From Candidatus Poribacteria bacterium (GTDB lineage: Bacteria; Poribacteria; WGA-4E; GCA-2687025): a DNA stretch of 64,000 nt. Below the pieces are notes generated by a model. The model saw only the letters and a list, made by a program, of their open reading frames with translations, was not told the DNA's origin and searched no databases. The stretch lies in contig OY762492.1 in NCBI GenBank assembly GCA_963665845.2, positions 1,120,001 to 1,184,000 of the forward strand, given 5' to 3'. Made by a program: the position numbers and the translations under genes. Below are positions 10,408 through 19,649 of this stretch, one piece after another (positions within the stretch are counted from its first letter, which is position 1; each line of letters begins with the position of its first letter).

Positions 10408-11280
10408 ATGCAGCGTATCTTGGGCGTTAAATCATCAGAGAGTAAAAATTATCGCTTCTATTGCCAATCCTCTGTCCAAATGCCTCAGTGCGCTAACAAC
10501 TCCATCAGCCTTACGGTCACCTCGCCGCCTTACTGGAACGCCATTGACTACAATATCCATGCCAGCGAAGGAATGGACGCTTGGCACCGCAATAGAGATT
10601 ACAGCGCCTTTGGAGCGGATCTTGAAGAATATCTCTCGAACATTGAGAGCGTTTTTAAAGAGGTTTTGCGCGCGACGGTTAAAGGCGGGTTTTGCGCTAT
10701 CGTTGTCGGGACGCTTTTATATAAACGGCGGCATTATCCGATACCGATGATGATCACGGATCGGATGATTCAAGCGGGTTGGGATTTTCATCAGGACATT
10801 ATCTGGAACAAGGTGACCGGCGGGGTGAAACGGGCTGGATCGTTCATACAGCATCCGAAGTCGGGCTACTACTATCCAAACATTATGACGGAGTACATTC
10901 TGGTGTTTCGGAAGCCGGGCGATCCGCGACGAGGCAAGAAACAAGCCTTAGAGATTGACGACCTTTTCAAGCGGGACATAGCCAACAATGTTTGGCATAT
11001 CGCGCCGGTGCCTCCTAGAACGATTGACCATCCCTGCCCCTATCCTCTGGAGCTGGTTCGCCGTCTCGTGCTTCTTTACTCTGAGGAAGGCGAAGAAGTT
11101 TTAGACCCGTTTTTAGGAAGCGGACAAACCGCTATCGGCGCGCTTCGAGAAGGGCGTCGCGTTGTCGGTTACGACATTGAGTCGCGTTATGTAAAATTGT
11201 CAGAAGAGCGATTGCTCTCCAAACCGACGCGACGCAAATTCAATCTCATCCCGCGCTATGAAAAGATACCGGCAACATGA
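10408..11280 (+). CDS. Site-specific DNA methyltransferase, beta class (N4-cytosine/N6-adenine)
   Basis: Motif IV VTSPPYW precedes motif I VLDPFLGSGQT; HPCPYPLEL; IIWNK. Start is 10408 or 10318. Confidence 0.92.
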   Translation: MQRILGVKSSESKNYRFYCQSSVQMPQCANNSISLTVTSPPYWNAIDYNIHASEGMDAWHRNRDYSAFGADLEEYLSNIESVFKEVLRATVKGGFCAIVVGTLLYKRRHYPIPMMITDRMIQAGWDFHQDIIWNKVTGGVKRAGSFIQHPKSGYYYPNIMTEYILVFRKPGDPRRGKKQALEIDDLFKRDIANNVWHIAPVPPRTIDHPCPYPLELVRRLVLLYSEEGEEVLDPFLGSGQTAIGALREGRRVVGYDIESRYVKLSEERLLSKPTRRKFNLIPRYEKIPAT

Positions 11281-11900
11281 ATTCTCAAGCGTATATCCAA
11301 GAACGCCGCGCTTTTGAGCAGATAAAGAAAAAATGCAGCGATGAAGTAAAGAAAGAGTATGAAACCGCGGTAAATACGTTGGTAAGACGTTACAACACGA
11401 CCATTCATGAAAATCGGTTTGTCGTGGGGGGAGCTGTGGAAGAGTTTACGTGGGCTTTGCTGAGGTCAGTAGGCGTTGAGTGCGAGCTCTGCGGATCTCA
11501 ATCTCCTGACGGCGATATTGCGCTTCCCAATGACGAATTGCTGTCCATTAAATCTTCATTTACAGGCGTATCGGATATAAAGTTGATCAACCAAATGGGG
11601 ACGGGCGACCGAGCATGGAAAACGGCAACTTTATTTGTTGTCGCTGGAGTCGGCATCGTCTACGGCGCGCCCGACATGGTGGATAGCGATCATGTTAAAC
11701 CGACCGGCGATGGCGTATCGCTCAAGCGAGCCGGCCTTCAAAAGCTCATAGAAGATCAAGCGAACGTATTTGAGGCGGAAATTGCGTCTAAGCCGCCGAA
11801 AGAAATGGCAGGTCAAAGTCTCAAAGCCAGCTCAGCTGTGGCGCGGCAGATTCTTCAAGATACAAAATCAGAGGTTTTATCCGGTATACTCTCCGCCTAA
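11277..11900 (+). CDS. Putative type II restriction endonuclease (PD-(D/E)xK-like)
   Basis: ATGA-coupled to the methyltransferase; same lower-GC composition; E...SPDGDIAL...LSIKS resembles a PD-(D/E)xK centre with Ser at the acidic position. Confidence 0.55.
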   Translation: MNSQAYIQERRAFEQIKKKCSDEVKKEYETAVNTLVRRYNTTIHENRFVVGGAVEEFTWALLRSVGVECELCGSQSPDGDIALPNDELLSIKSSFTGVSDIKLINQMGTGDRAWKTATLFVVAGVGIVYGAPDMVDSDHVKPTGDGVSLKRAGLQKLIEDQANVFEAEIASKPPKEMAGQSLKASSAVARQILQDTKSEVLSGILSA

Positions 11901-12325
11901 GGAGAATCGCCGTTCCCGCGCCGCTTTTTCAAGAGGGCGTCAACGGAATAGTCCCCAGGACCTAGGAAAAGAACGGCGGCGTACGCGAAGAAATACAGCA
12001 GCGACGGCTCCCGCGCCAAAAGCGGATCGCCCGCGTGAACGACAAGGAAGACGACCCCCATCATCAGCAGAAGCGGAAGCGTTGCCAGCCGCGTCCACAG
12101 CCCCGCCGCGACAAACAGCGGGCATAGAAACTCCGCAAACACAGCGAACGCCCAGCTCAACTCCGAGCCTGCCCCGATCGGATCGGCTGTCGACGCCGCC
12201 TGCTCAGAAATGTTCACAAGGCGCGGCGCCCCGCGCGTCAGCATCAACGCCGAGACGCCGACGCGCAGTACCATCAGCCCAACGTTCGTCCATAACGCCT
12301 GCTTCCGCTCTATCCATGCTCGCAT
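11897..12325 (-). CDS. DoxX family membrane protein
   Basis: GLMVLRVGV...DPIG.G...AEF...GLWTRLA...LGPGDYSVD. Confidence 0.85.
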   Translation of the reverse strand: MRAWIERKQALWTNVGLMVLRVGVSALMLTRGAPRLVNISEQAASTADPIGAGSELSWAFAVFAEFLCPLFVAAGLWTRLATLPLLLMMGVVFLVVHAGDPLLAREPSLLYFFAYAAVLFLGPGDYSVDALLKKRRGNGDSP

Positions 12326-12343
12326 GCGTTCAGCCGCCGCCCG

Positions 12344-12784
12344 TCATTCTTCCATCGGTTCCTCATGGGACGGCGCGCGGCTCCTCTTTAGGATGCCGTC
12401 CACCGAATACTTGCCCGCGCCCAGCAGCATGATCGCCGCGAACGCGATCAGGTAAAACAGCGCCAGCTCCTTAGATGAAAACGGGTCTTTCGCGTGGAAG
12501 ATAAAGAAGGCGACGCCCATAGCGATGATGGGCGGAATCGACGCCAGCCGCGTGAAAAGCCCAAACATGATCGCGATGGCGCAGAAAAACTCCGCGAGGA
12601 CCAGAAGCGCCGCCGTGACGCCCGGTCCCAAGCCGATCGGGTCCATTCCGGACGCAACGTTGTCTCCAAAGTTGACCAGCTTGCCCCAGCCGTGCGTCAG
12701 CATGAGCGCCCCGACGCCGACGCGCAAGACAGCAAGCCCGACATTTGTAAGAGCCTCTTTTTCTCGACCCAACCATTCTTTCAT
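12344..12784 (-). CDS. DoxX family membrane protein
   Basis: GLAVLRVGVG..MLTHGWGK...DPIGLG...AEF...GLFTRLA...LGAGKYSVD. Confidence 0.9.
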   Translation of the reverse strand: MKEWLGREKEALTNVGLAVLRVGVGALMLTHGWGKLVNFGDNVASGMDPIGLGPGVTAALLVLAEFFCAIAIMFGLFTRLASIPPIIAMGVAFFIFHAKDPFSSKELALFYLIAFAAIMLLGAGKYSVDGILKRSRAPSHEEPMEE

Positions 12785-12806
12785 GATGCGTTTCCTTTCT
12801 TCATGT

Positions 12807-14111
12807 TCACTCTGCGGCTTGAATTGCCTGCGCGATGTGGGCGCGCGTTCCGTCCAGATCGAAGCAGTCGCGCTGGTTCTGGAGCATGATGCGCGACGCG
12901 ACGCCCATCGCCTGCTTCTCGTTCATATACCCTTCATCGATTTCCGCCTGCAGGGCGCGCCGTATCTCCTGCCGCGCCTGTATCGAGTAGGCGTAGGCGC
13001 TGGTCGGCCAGCCGGTGTCGCCGCCGAAAGCGAACAGCTTGTTGATCGGAACGGCGTGGATGCACCGCCGCAGCGTGTCGCGCGAACTCCACGGATCAAT
13101 GCTCCATGCCCAGCAGAAGTCGATCCAGACGTTTCGGTAATGCTTCGCCAGCGAGATCAGTTCGCCGCTGTATGGGTAGGCGATGTGCATGAGGACAAAC
13201 TTGGCGTTCAGGTTTCGCGCGAGAAGAGCGCACATGTTGCCCGACTTGATTCGGCTGACCGGCATGCGGTCGTTCCCGGCGTAGTAGCCGGTGTGGATTT
13301 TGAAGGGCAGGTTGTGTTCGACAGTCAGCTCCACGCCGCGCTGCCAGCACCAGTCGCCGAGGCAGAGGCGCGTTTCAACGCTGATTTCGTTGTCAGGTTT
13401 TGTCAAAATCTCCTGAAGGGCGGCTTCCGCGTCGCTGTCGGAGCGCTCTCTCCAGAGCAGCGTTCGGTTGTAGGCATGCTGCGACTTCATGGCGACAGCG
13501 CACGGCGCATGCTTCGCAAACAGCGCCTCCATCGCCTGCCGCAGCGTCGCAAGGTTGATGACGCCGACGCCGGTCTCTTTATGGAGCGCGTCGGGGAAGA
13601 TTTGCCCGTTGCAGAAGGTCGCCCATGACATGTCGTATAGGAAAAAGTTGGGACCGGACATATCAGGCGGACAGGGCCAGCTGAAATCGTCTGTCTGGAT
13701 ATGGTCAAGGTTCGCGTCCACTTTCAAAATGCGGAGCCGTTCGCCGGGCTTTTGAAGTTCGCGCGTCCGATGCGCTTTTGAGGCGGCGGCGGCTCCTGTC
13801 AGCTCCTGTATGCCGTACACCCGTTCGGCGATGAGGCGCACCGCTTCGCCGTAACCGGTGAACTGAACCGCCTCCCATGCCTCCCGTATGCCTTCGAACC
13901 GCCCGGCGATGTCCTCGTCCGCGGCGTTCATGAGCCGATGCATCGCCTCCCCGGTCGCGCCCGCGGTGTGCAGGTCAGCGGGGACATAGTTGCCGAACAG
14001 GTCTTGGAGTATGTCGGGTCCGCCCTCCGTCCAGTCCTGCTCGCGGCGCATATGTTCGTGGGAGTCAACGAGCGGCGTTTCTTCGATGTGGCGTTCTAGA
14101 TCGGTAACCAT
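12807..14111 (-). CDS. Amidohydrolase superfamily protein (metal-dependent TIM barrel)
   Basis: LVDSHEH (HxH) near the N-terminus; FKIHTG; FVLMHIAYPY; KLFAFGGD. Likely start MVTDLE at 14111. Confidence 0.85.
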   Translation of the reverse strand: MVTDLERHIEETPLVDSHEHMRREQDWTEGGPDILQDLFGNYVPADLHTAGATGEAMHRLMNAADEDIAGRFEGIREAWEAVQFTGYGEAVRLIAERVYGIQELTGAAAASKAHRTRELQKPGERLRILKVDANLDHIQTDDFSWPCPPDMSGPNFFLYDMSWATFCNGQIFPDALHKETGVGVINLATLRQAMEALFAKHAPCAVAMKSQHAYNRTLLWRERSDSDAEAALQEILTKPDNEISVETRLCLGDWCWQRGVELTVEHNLPFKIHTGYYAGNDRMPVSRIKSGNMCALLARNLNAKFVLMHIAYPYSGELISLAKHYRNVWIDFCWAWSIDPWSSRDTLRRCIHAVPINKLFAFGGDTGWPTSAYAYSIQARQEIRRALQAEIDEGYMNEKQAMGVASRIMLQNQRDCFDLDGTRAHIAQAIQAAE

Positions 14112-14160
14112 CGCGTGTCTCCGTTTGCATTGGCGCGTTTTCGCATGCATCATGTCATGG

Positions 14161-14664
14161 ATGAGTTTTAAACGCAAGCGTCAATCTGGTTCGCAACGGG
14201 AGCGGACGCGCCGTCAGTTTTTGGGCGGGGCTTTGCTTATCGGTTTGTTGGGAAGGCTGGGCTGCGGGAAGTCGAAACGCGGCGAGGCGGAGGAGAAGGA
14301 GCGGACGCCCCCGCCGGACGCTGAGCGCGTTTCGTTTACGCTTAAGGAGCATCCGTCGCTTGCCAAAACGAACGGCATGGCGGAGATTCCTGCCGCGGGG
14401 AACGCCCCCTCGCTTCTGCTATTGCGGACAAAGAACGGGTTTCGCGCCTATGTAAATGTCTGCACGCATGCGGCATGTCCGCTGGAACCGGACGCCGAGA
14501 AGCGCCGCATCTACTGCGATCGGCAATGCGGGCATGGCTCCATTTTTGGGCTGGACGGAAAGGCGCTGGCGGGTCCGTCGGCGCGCCCGCTGTATGAGTA
14601 TTTTACCGAATGGAGCGAAGGGGGCGATTCCGTGACGGTCGTTTTGGAACTCAAAAACCCGTGA
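14161..14664 (+). CDS. Tat-exported Rieske [2Fe-2S] (lipo)protein
   Basis: TRRQFL twin-arginine signal ending RLGC; Rieske boxes CTHAAC and CDRQCGHGSIF; GPSARPL. Confidence 0.8.
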   Translation: MSFKRKRQSGSQRERTRRQFLGGALLIGLLGRLGCGKSKRGEAEEKERTPPPDAERVSFTLKEHPSLAKTNGMAEIPAAGNAPSLLLLRTKNGFRAYVNVCTHAACPLEPDAEKRRIYCDRQCGHGSIFGLDGKALAGPSARPLYEYFTEWSEGGDSVTVVLELKNP

Positions 14665-14671
14665 ATTGAGT

Positions 14672-16339
14672 TCACTCCTCCTCGCCGCTGTCGTCTTCCT
14701 CCTCGTCGCTCGGCGGCTGCCGTTTCAGACGCTCCTGCTCATCGAAGCGGCGGAAGACCTTCTCAACCTCCTCGCGCGAATGGCGTTTGCGGACGGCGTT
14801 GTAAGCGTCCTGGGCGCGCTGGGCGTCGCCCGACTTGGCGAAGGCGCGCGCCATGCCGAGTAAGGCGTTCATGTAGCCTTCGGGCGTCGCCTCGGAGAGA
14901 CCGTACTCCATCTCAAACGCGCTTTGGTACGCCTTGGCGAAGTCGGTGTACGCTGCGGACATCTCCGCCTCTAGATTGGGCGGCGGAAGGGGAGGTTCCA
15001 CGCCGCGCGGAGTTTCCGACAGCTCCGGGGCGTCGGGCTGGCGCTGCGGCGTCGCGGACGCTTCTGCAGGTTGAGGCTCCTGCGCTGCAGCTTCAGCCGC
15101 TGCGGCGTCGCGCTCTTCCCAGATGGACGGAACGGTTCTTTCTCCCCGCTCTAAACGTTCATAGAGACCGCGCGCTGCGCCGTTGAAGCCTATAGCGAAC
15201 GCTTTCTGGTACTGGTCAGCCGCTTCATACAACATATCCAGACGTTCATAGGCGACGCCAAGACCGAAATGCAAACTCGGATCAGAATGCAGACTGCCAT
15301 CTTCCGGCAAAAGGAGTGTGATCGCCGCAACCATCTCTTCAGGATAGGGTTCTGATAGATATCGGATCGTGGCGCTCACCGCATCCTCATCCCGCGGATG
15401 ATGTTTGAGAAGACGCCGCGCCGATTCGATCGCATCGTCCAAATCATTTGCCGCGCCAAGTTTGATCATCAGCGCGTCGCGGGAGGTCGGATCCTTTGCT
15501 AAAACGCGGTCCGCGTATTCCAACGCGTACTCATTCTCGTTTCTATCCCACCGCTCGTCAAGCTCAGATTCGCTTCCATAATACAGATATTTAGCGGCGG
15601 TCAGGTCGTCCATTCCTTCCACCAGAATCTCGATCACCGCGCGCGGCGTTCTTCCGTTTTCTTCGCGGTAGTTGACGCTTCCGTATTGGTTGTAGAAGTA
15701 TTCGCGGATTCGGTTCGCTTTATCCGAAAGGCTCGGATCGCGCGGATCGTAGTTGGGATTGGTCGGGTCGGAGCCGTAGGAATGAGGCTTCCCCAGCGCA
15801 AAATCCCGCATCTCTCGAATATGCCCCTTCAGCTCTTCGCCGCTGTAGTTTCTCAGGAAGATGAAGTCTGTATGGAGCTCGCTGGCAATTGCGTCGTCGT
15901 CTTTGCCGTCTTGGATCCGCTTCGTTCCGATCCAGACAAGCCATTCATGAACCTGCGGATCGGACGCGCGCTCATTGTCAATGTACAGCAGCGTCAGATG
16001 GATCGCAAGCCGCTCGCTTGGGTCGGACGACGCCCATTCCTCCAATAACCGGATCCACTCTTCGGGCAGGTCGTCCGCGTCATCGTCGAATCCTGTTTGC
16101 GTGATCTTGCGGTAGGCGTCCATCCATGCTTTCACCTTTTCGGCGTCGGCGCCTTGGACCAGCTCATGCTGCGGCTCGGAGCCGGACGCGCCTTTCGGGT
16201 TGTCTGTCGTATTGGACGAAGCAGGATCGTCCGGACGGAAAAGAATTGCCGCCGTAACCGCCAAAGCGGCCAGCAAGACAGCGCCGACCAGAAGCGCGAG
16301 ACGCGCCCTGCGGTGTGATGGGCGTTGCGTCGTTTTCAT
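14672..16339 (-). CDS. Membrane-anchored TPR-like protein, paralog A of tandem array
   Basis: Basic N-terminus plus TM helix; TPR-like helices (LHFGLGVAYERLDMLYEAADQYQKAF); Pro/Ala linker; conserved C-terminal domain. Confidence 0.75.
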   Translation of the reverse strand: MKTTQRPSHRRARLALLVGAVLLAALAVTAAILFRPDDPASSNTTDNPKGASGSEPQHELVQGADAEKVKAWMDAYRKITQTGFDDDADDLPEEWIRLLEEWASSDPSERLAIHLTLLYIDNERASDPQVHEWLVWIGTKRIQDGKDDDAIASELHTDFIFLRNYSGEELKGHIREMRDFALGKPHSYGSDPTNPNYDPRDPSLSDKANRIREYFYNQYGSVNYREENGRTPRAVIEILVEGMDDLTAAKYLYYGSESELDERWDRNENEYALEYADRVLAKDPTSRDALMIKLGAANDLDDAIESARRLLKHHPRDEDAVSATIRYLSEPYPEEMVAAITLLLPEDGSLHSDPSLHFGLGVAYERLDMLYEAADQYQKAFAIGFNGAARGLYERLERGERTVPSIWEERDAAAAEAAAQEPQPAEASATPQRQPDAPELSETPRGVEPPLPPPNLEAEMSAAYTDFAKAYQSAFEMEYGLSEATPEGYMNALLGMARAFAKSGDAQRAQDAYNAVRKRHSREEVEKVFRRFDEQERLKRQPPSDEEEDDSGEEE

Positions 16340-16379
16340 CGTCTTGACCCGTTCCAAGTTGCTAAGCGCATCTAGGAAC

Positions 16380-16408
16380 AGCATAACGCCTCGGCGCTAG
16401 CGCCGCAA
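16380..16408 (-). promoter_or_regulatory. Putative sigma70 promoter of paralog A
   Basis: TTGCGG-N17-TATGCT on the minus strand, conserved in all four array junctions. Confidence 0.6.
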
Positions 16409-16413
16409 GCCGC

Positions 16414-17793
16414 TCACTCCTCCTCGCCGCTGTCGTCCTTGTCCTCATCGCTCGGCGGCTGCCGTTTCAGACGCTCCTGCTCGTCGAAGCGGCGGAAGAC
16501 CTGCTCAACCTCCTCGCGCGAATGGCGTTTGCGGACGGCGTTGTAAGCGTCTTGGGCATGCTGGGCGTCGCCCGCTTTGGCGAAGGCGCGCGCCATGCCC
16601 AGCAAGGCGTTCATGTAGCCTTCGGGCGTCGCCTTGGAGAGGGCGTACTCCATCTCAAACGCGCGCTGGTACGCCTTCGCAAAGTCGGCGTATGCCGCCG
16701 CCATGTCCATCTCCGCGTTTGGCGGCGGAGGGGGAGGTTCCACGCCGCGCCGAGCGTCGGGCGGCGCTGGGGCGTCAGGCGGGCTATGCGGCGCGGGCGC
16801 TTCTGCGGGTGATGGAGGCGTATGCTTTGCCGATTCAGCGGCAGCGGCAGCAGCCCGTTCCTCCCAGATGGACGGAAATGTGCGTTCACCCTTCTCTAGC
16901 ACCTCATAACGGTAGCTAGCCCACCTGTGGCCTGCAGCGAACGCCTTTTGAAACTGATCCGCCGCTTCGTATATCATATCCAGCCGCTCATATGAATTGC
17001 CGAGAGTGAAATGGAATCCTGACTTGGAATGCAGACCGTCCTCAGGCAGAATGCGCGAGATTGCGGCGATCGTCTCCTCGGGAAAGTCGCGGTACAGATT
17101 GTCGACAGCGTAGGACACCGCCCTCTCATCGTCTGGATAATGTTGAATCAGAAGCCGCGCCGATTCGACTTCGTCCTCATTCGCATCCGCTTTCAAGATC
17201 AGCGCCTCGAGGGAGGTCGGGTCCTTTGCCAGGACGCGGTTGGCGTACTCGATGGCGTACTCTTTTTCCATAGGCCACTTCTCGCCTCTGATTCCCCAGT
17301 CCGAGCTATACAGATACTCGGCGGCGGCCATGTCGTCCATCCCTTCGACCAGTATTTCGATCACGCCGCGCGGCGTCCTTCCGTTCTCCTTGCGATGGAC
17401 GTCGCTGCTGCCGTACTGGTCATAGAGATACTTGCGGATGCGATTCATTTTTTTGGATTGGCTCGGATCGTATATCCAGCCGGAGCGGTCAATCTCTGGC
17501 ATATCGTCCCGCGTCGTTTGAATCTCAGGGCGAGAGTTGAGTTCGGGCGGTTTCTTCTCCTGCCCCGGTTCCGTTTCCTGCGCGCCGCCCGCTGTTGCGT
17601 CGGGAGCTTTGCCGCTTTCGCTCATGACAGTCTCGCGGACAGAAGGCTCCTGCGCGGATTCCATCTCGGCAGGATCTGGGTCGTCCGCGCGGAAGAGAAG
17701 CGCCGCGGCAACTGCCAGCGCCGCCATTAAGACGGCGCTGGCAAGCAGCGCGACGCGCGCCCTGCGGTGTGATGGGCGTTGCGTCGTTTTCAT
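16414..17793 (-). CDS. Membrane-anchored TPR-like protein, paralog B (different, shorter N-terminal variable block)
   Basis: Same MKTTQRPSHRRAR leader, RTPRGVIEILVEGMDD block and C-terminal domain as A. Confidence 0.75.
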   Translation of the reverse strand: MKTTQRPSHRRARVALLASAVLMAALAVAAALLFRADDPDPAEMESAQEPSVRETVMSESGKAPDATAGGAQETEPGQEKKPPELNSRPEIQTTRDDMPEIDRSGWIYDPSQSKKMNRIRKYLYDQYGSSDVHRKENGRTPRGVIEILVEGMDDMAAAEYLYSSDWGIRGEKWPMEKEYAIEYANRVLAKDPTSLEALILKADANEDEVESARLLIQHYPDDERAVSYAVDNLYRDFPEETIAAISRILPEDGLHSKSGFHFTLGNSYERLDMIYEAADQFQKAFAAGHRWASYRYEVLEKGERTFPSIWEERAAAAAAESAKHTPPSPAEAPAPHSPPDAPAPPDARRGVEPPPPPPNAEMDMAAAYADFAKAYQRAFEMEYALSKATPEGYMNALLGMARAFAKAGDAQHAQDAYNAVRKRHSREEVEQVFRRFDEQERLKRQPPSDEDKDDSGEEE

Positions 17794-17826
17794 CGTCTTG
17801 ACCGTTCCAAACGGCGTTCACGGCGT

Positions 17827-19575
17827 CTAGTAACAGCATAACGCCTCGGCGCTAACGCCGCAAGCCGCGCACTCCTCCTCGCCGCTGTCGTCCTCGTCCC
17901 CGCCGCTCGGCGGCTGCCGTTTCAGACGTTCCTGTTCGTCAAAGCGGCGGAAAACCTGCTCAACCTCCTCGCGCGAATGGCGTTTGCGGACGGCGTTGTA
18001 AGCGTCCTGGGCATGCTGCGCGTCTCCCGCCTTGGCGAAGGCGCGCGCCATGCCCAGCAGCGCGTTCATGTAGCCTTCGGGCGTCGCCTCGGAGAGGGCG
18101 TACTCCATCTCAAACGCATCCTGGTACGCCTTGGCGAAGTTGGCGTATGCCGCCGCCATGTCCATTTCCGCGCCGGGCGGCGGAGGGGGCGGCGCGCCTT
18201 CAGGGCGCGGAGCGTCCGGCTCTGGCGCGTCCGGCGGTTTCGGGGCGTCCGGCTGGCGCTGCGGCGGTGTTTCAGGGGTATCGCTTGGCGGCGCAGGTTC
18301 TGGAGGCCCTTCGGTAAGACGCTCGGCGGCGCGTTCCTCCCAGATGGACGGGTAGCCGCGTTCCCCCCGCTCTATCCTTTTATAGCGCCCATAAGCGTAC
18401 ATATCGCCGGCGGCGTACGCCTTCTGAAACTGATCCGCCGCTTCATACATCATGTCCAGACGCTCATAGGCGTCGCCAAGCGTGAGATGAAACGTCGAAT
18501 TGGAATGCAAGCCGTCCTCTGGCAATAAGCGGGAGATCGTCTCAACCGTCTCCTCAGGATGGCTTTCAAAAGTGATGCGAGTAGCGAATTCCATCGCCCC
18601 TTCGTCGTTCGGATGATGTTTGAGGAGACGCCGCGCCGATTCGATCGCATTATTTACCTGATCAGCCGAATGCGTTTTGATGATCAGCGCGTCGCGGGAG
18701 GTCGGATCCTTTGCTAAAACCCGTTCCGCGTATTCCGCCGCATACTTAACCTCTCTTCTCCACGGCTCCCCGACCTCCTCTGCAAAATCTGAAAAATAGC
18801 CCCCTTTTCCGATTCCATGCAAGTACTTTGCAGCAGTCAGGTCGTCCATTCCTTCCACCAGAATCTCGATCACCGCCCGCGGCGTTCTTCCGTTCTCTTC
18901 GCGGTGTTCGACGCTTCCGTATCGGTTGTAGAAGTATTCGCGGATTCGGTTCTCTTTATCCGAAAGGCTCGGATCGCGCGGATCGTAGTTGGGGTTGGAC
19001 GGATCGGAGCCGTAGGAATGAGGCTTCCCCAGCGCAAAGTCCCGCATCTCTCGAATATGCCCCTTCAGCTCTTCGCCGCTGTAGTTTCTCAGGAAGATGA
19101 AGTCTGTATGGAGCTCGCTGGCAATTGCGTCGTCGTCTTTGCCGTCTTGGATCCGCTTCGTTCCGATCCAAACAAGCCATTCATGAACCTGCGGGTCGGA
19201 CGCGCGCTCATTGTCAATGTACAGCAGCGTCAGATGGATCGCAAGCCGCTCGCTTGGGTCGGACGACGCCCATTCCTCCAATAACCGGATCCACTCTTCG
19301 GGCAGGTCGTCCGCGTCATCGTCGAATCCTGTTTGCGTGATCTTGCGGTAGGCGTCCATCCATGCTTTCACCTTTTCGGCGTCGGCGCCTTGGACAAGCT
19401 CATGCTGCGGCTCAGATCCGGACGCGCCTTTCGGGTTGTCTGTTGTATTGGACGAAGCAGGATCGTCCACGCGGAAAAGAATTGCCGCCGCAACCGCCAA
19501 AGCGGCCAGCAAGACAGCGCCGACCAGAAGCGCGAGGCGCGCCCTGCGGCGTGATGAGCGTTGCGTCGTTTTCAT
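17827..19575 (-). CDS. Membrane-anchored TPR-like protein, paralog C (stop codon TGA>TGC, 14-aa read-through)
   Basis: N-terminal half nearly identical to A and D; TPR block differs. Confidence 0.75.
   Translation of the reverse strand: MKTTQRSSRRRARLALLVGAVLLAALAVAAAILFRVDDPASSNTTDNPKGASGSEPQHELVQGADAEKVKAWMDAYRKITQTGFDDDADDLPEEWIRLLEEWASSDPSERLAIHLTLLYIDNERASDPQVHEWLVWIGTKRIQDGKDDDAIASELHTDFIFLRNYSGEELKGHIREMRDFALGKPHSYGSDPSNPNYDPRDPSLSDKENRIREYFYNRYGSVEHREENGRTPRAVIEILVEGMDDLTAAKYLHGIGKGGYFSDFAEEVGEPWRREVKYAAEYAERVLAKDPTSRDALIIKTHSADQVNNAIESARRLLKHHPNDEGAMEFATRITFESHPEETVETISRLLPEDGLHSNSTFHLTLGDAYERLDMMYEAADQFQKAYAAGDMYAYGRYKRIERGERGYPSIWEERAAERLTEGPPEPAPPSDTPETPPQRQPDAPKPPDAPEPDAPRPEGAPPPPPPGAEMDMAAAYANFAKAYQDAFEMEYALSEATPEGYMNALLGMARAFAKAGDAQHAQDAYNAVRKRHSREEVEQVFRRFDEQERLKRQPPSGGDEDDSGEEECAACGVSAEALCCY
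17835..17863 (-). promoter_or_regulatory. Putative sigma70 promoter of paralog B
   Basis: TTGCGG-N17-TATGCT. Confidence 0.6.
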
Positions 19576-19615
19576 CGTCTTGACTCGTTCCAAGTTGCTC
19601 AGCGCGTCTAGGAAC

Positions 19616-19644
19616 AGCATAACGCCTCGGCGCTAGAGCCGCAA
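19616..19644 (-). promoter_or_regulatory. Putative sigma70 promoter of paralog C
   Basis: TTGCGG-N17-TATGCT. Confidence 0.6.
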
Positions 19645-19649
19645 GCCGC

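Noticed and set aside
17525-17839. Repeated small ORFs MLLLDAVNAVWNGQ / MLFLDAVNAVWNGQ and the upstream MLFLDALSN extensions in the TPR-like array
   Set aside because: Their ATG lies inside the predicted -10 box (TATGCT), and the frame relative to the main gene differs between copies, so they are by-products of the repeated promoter
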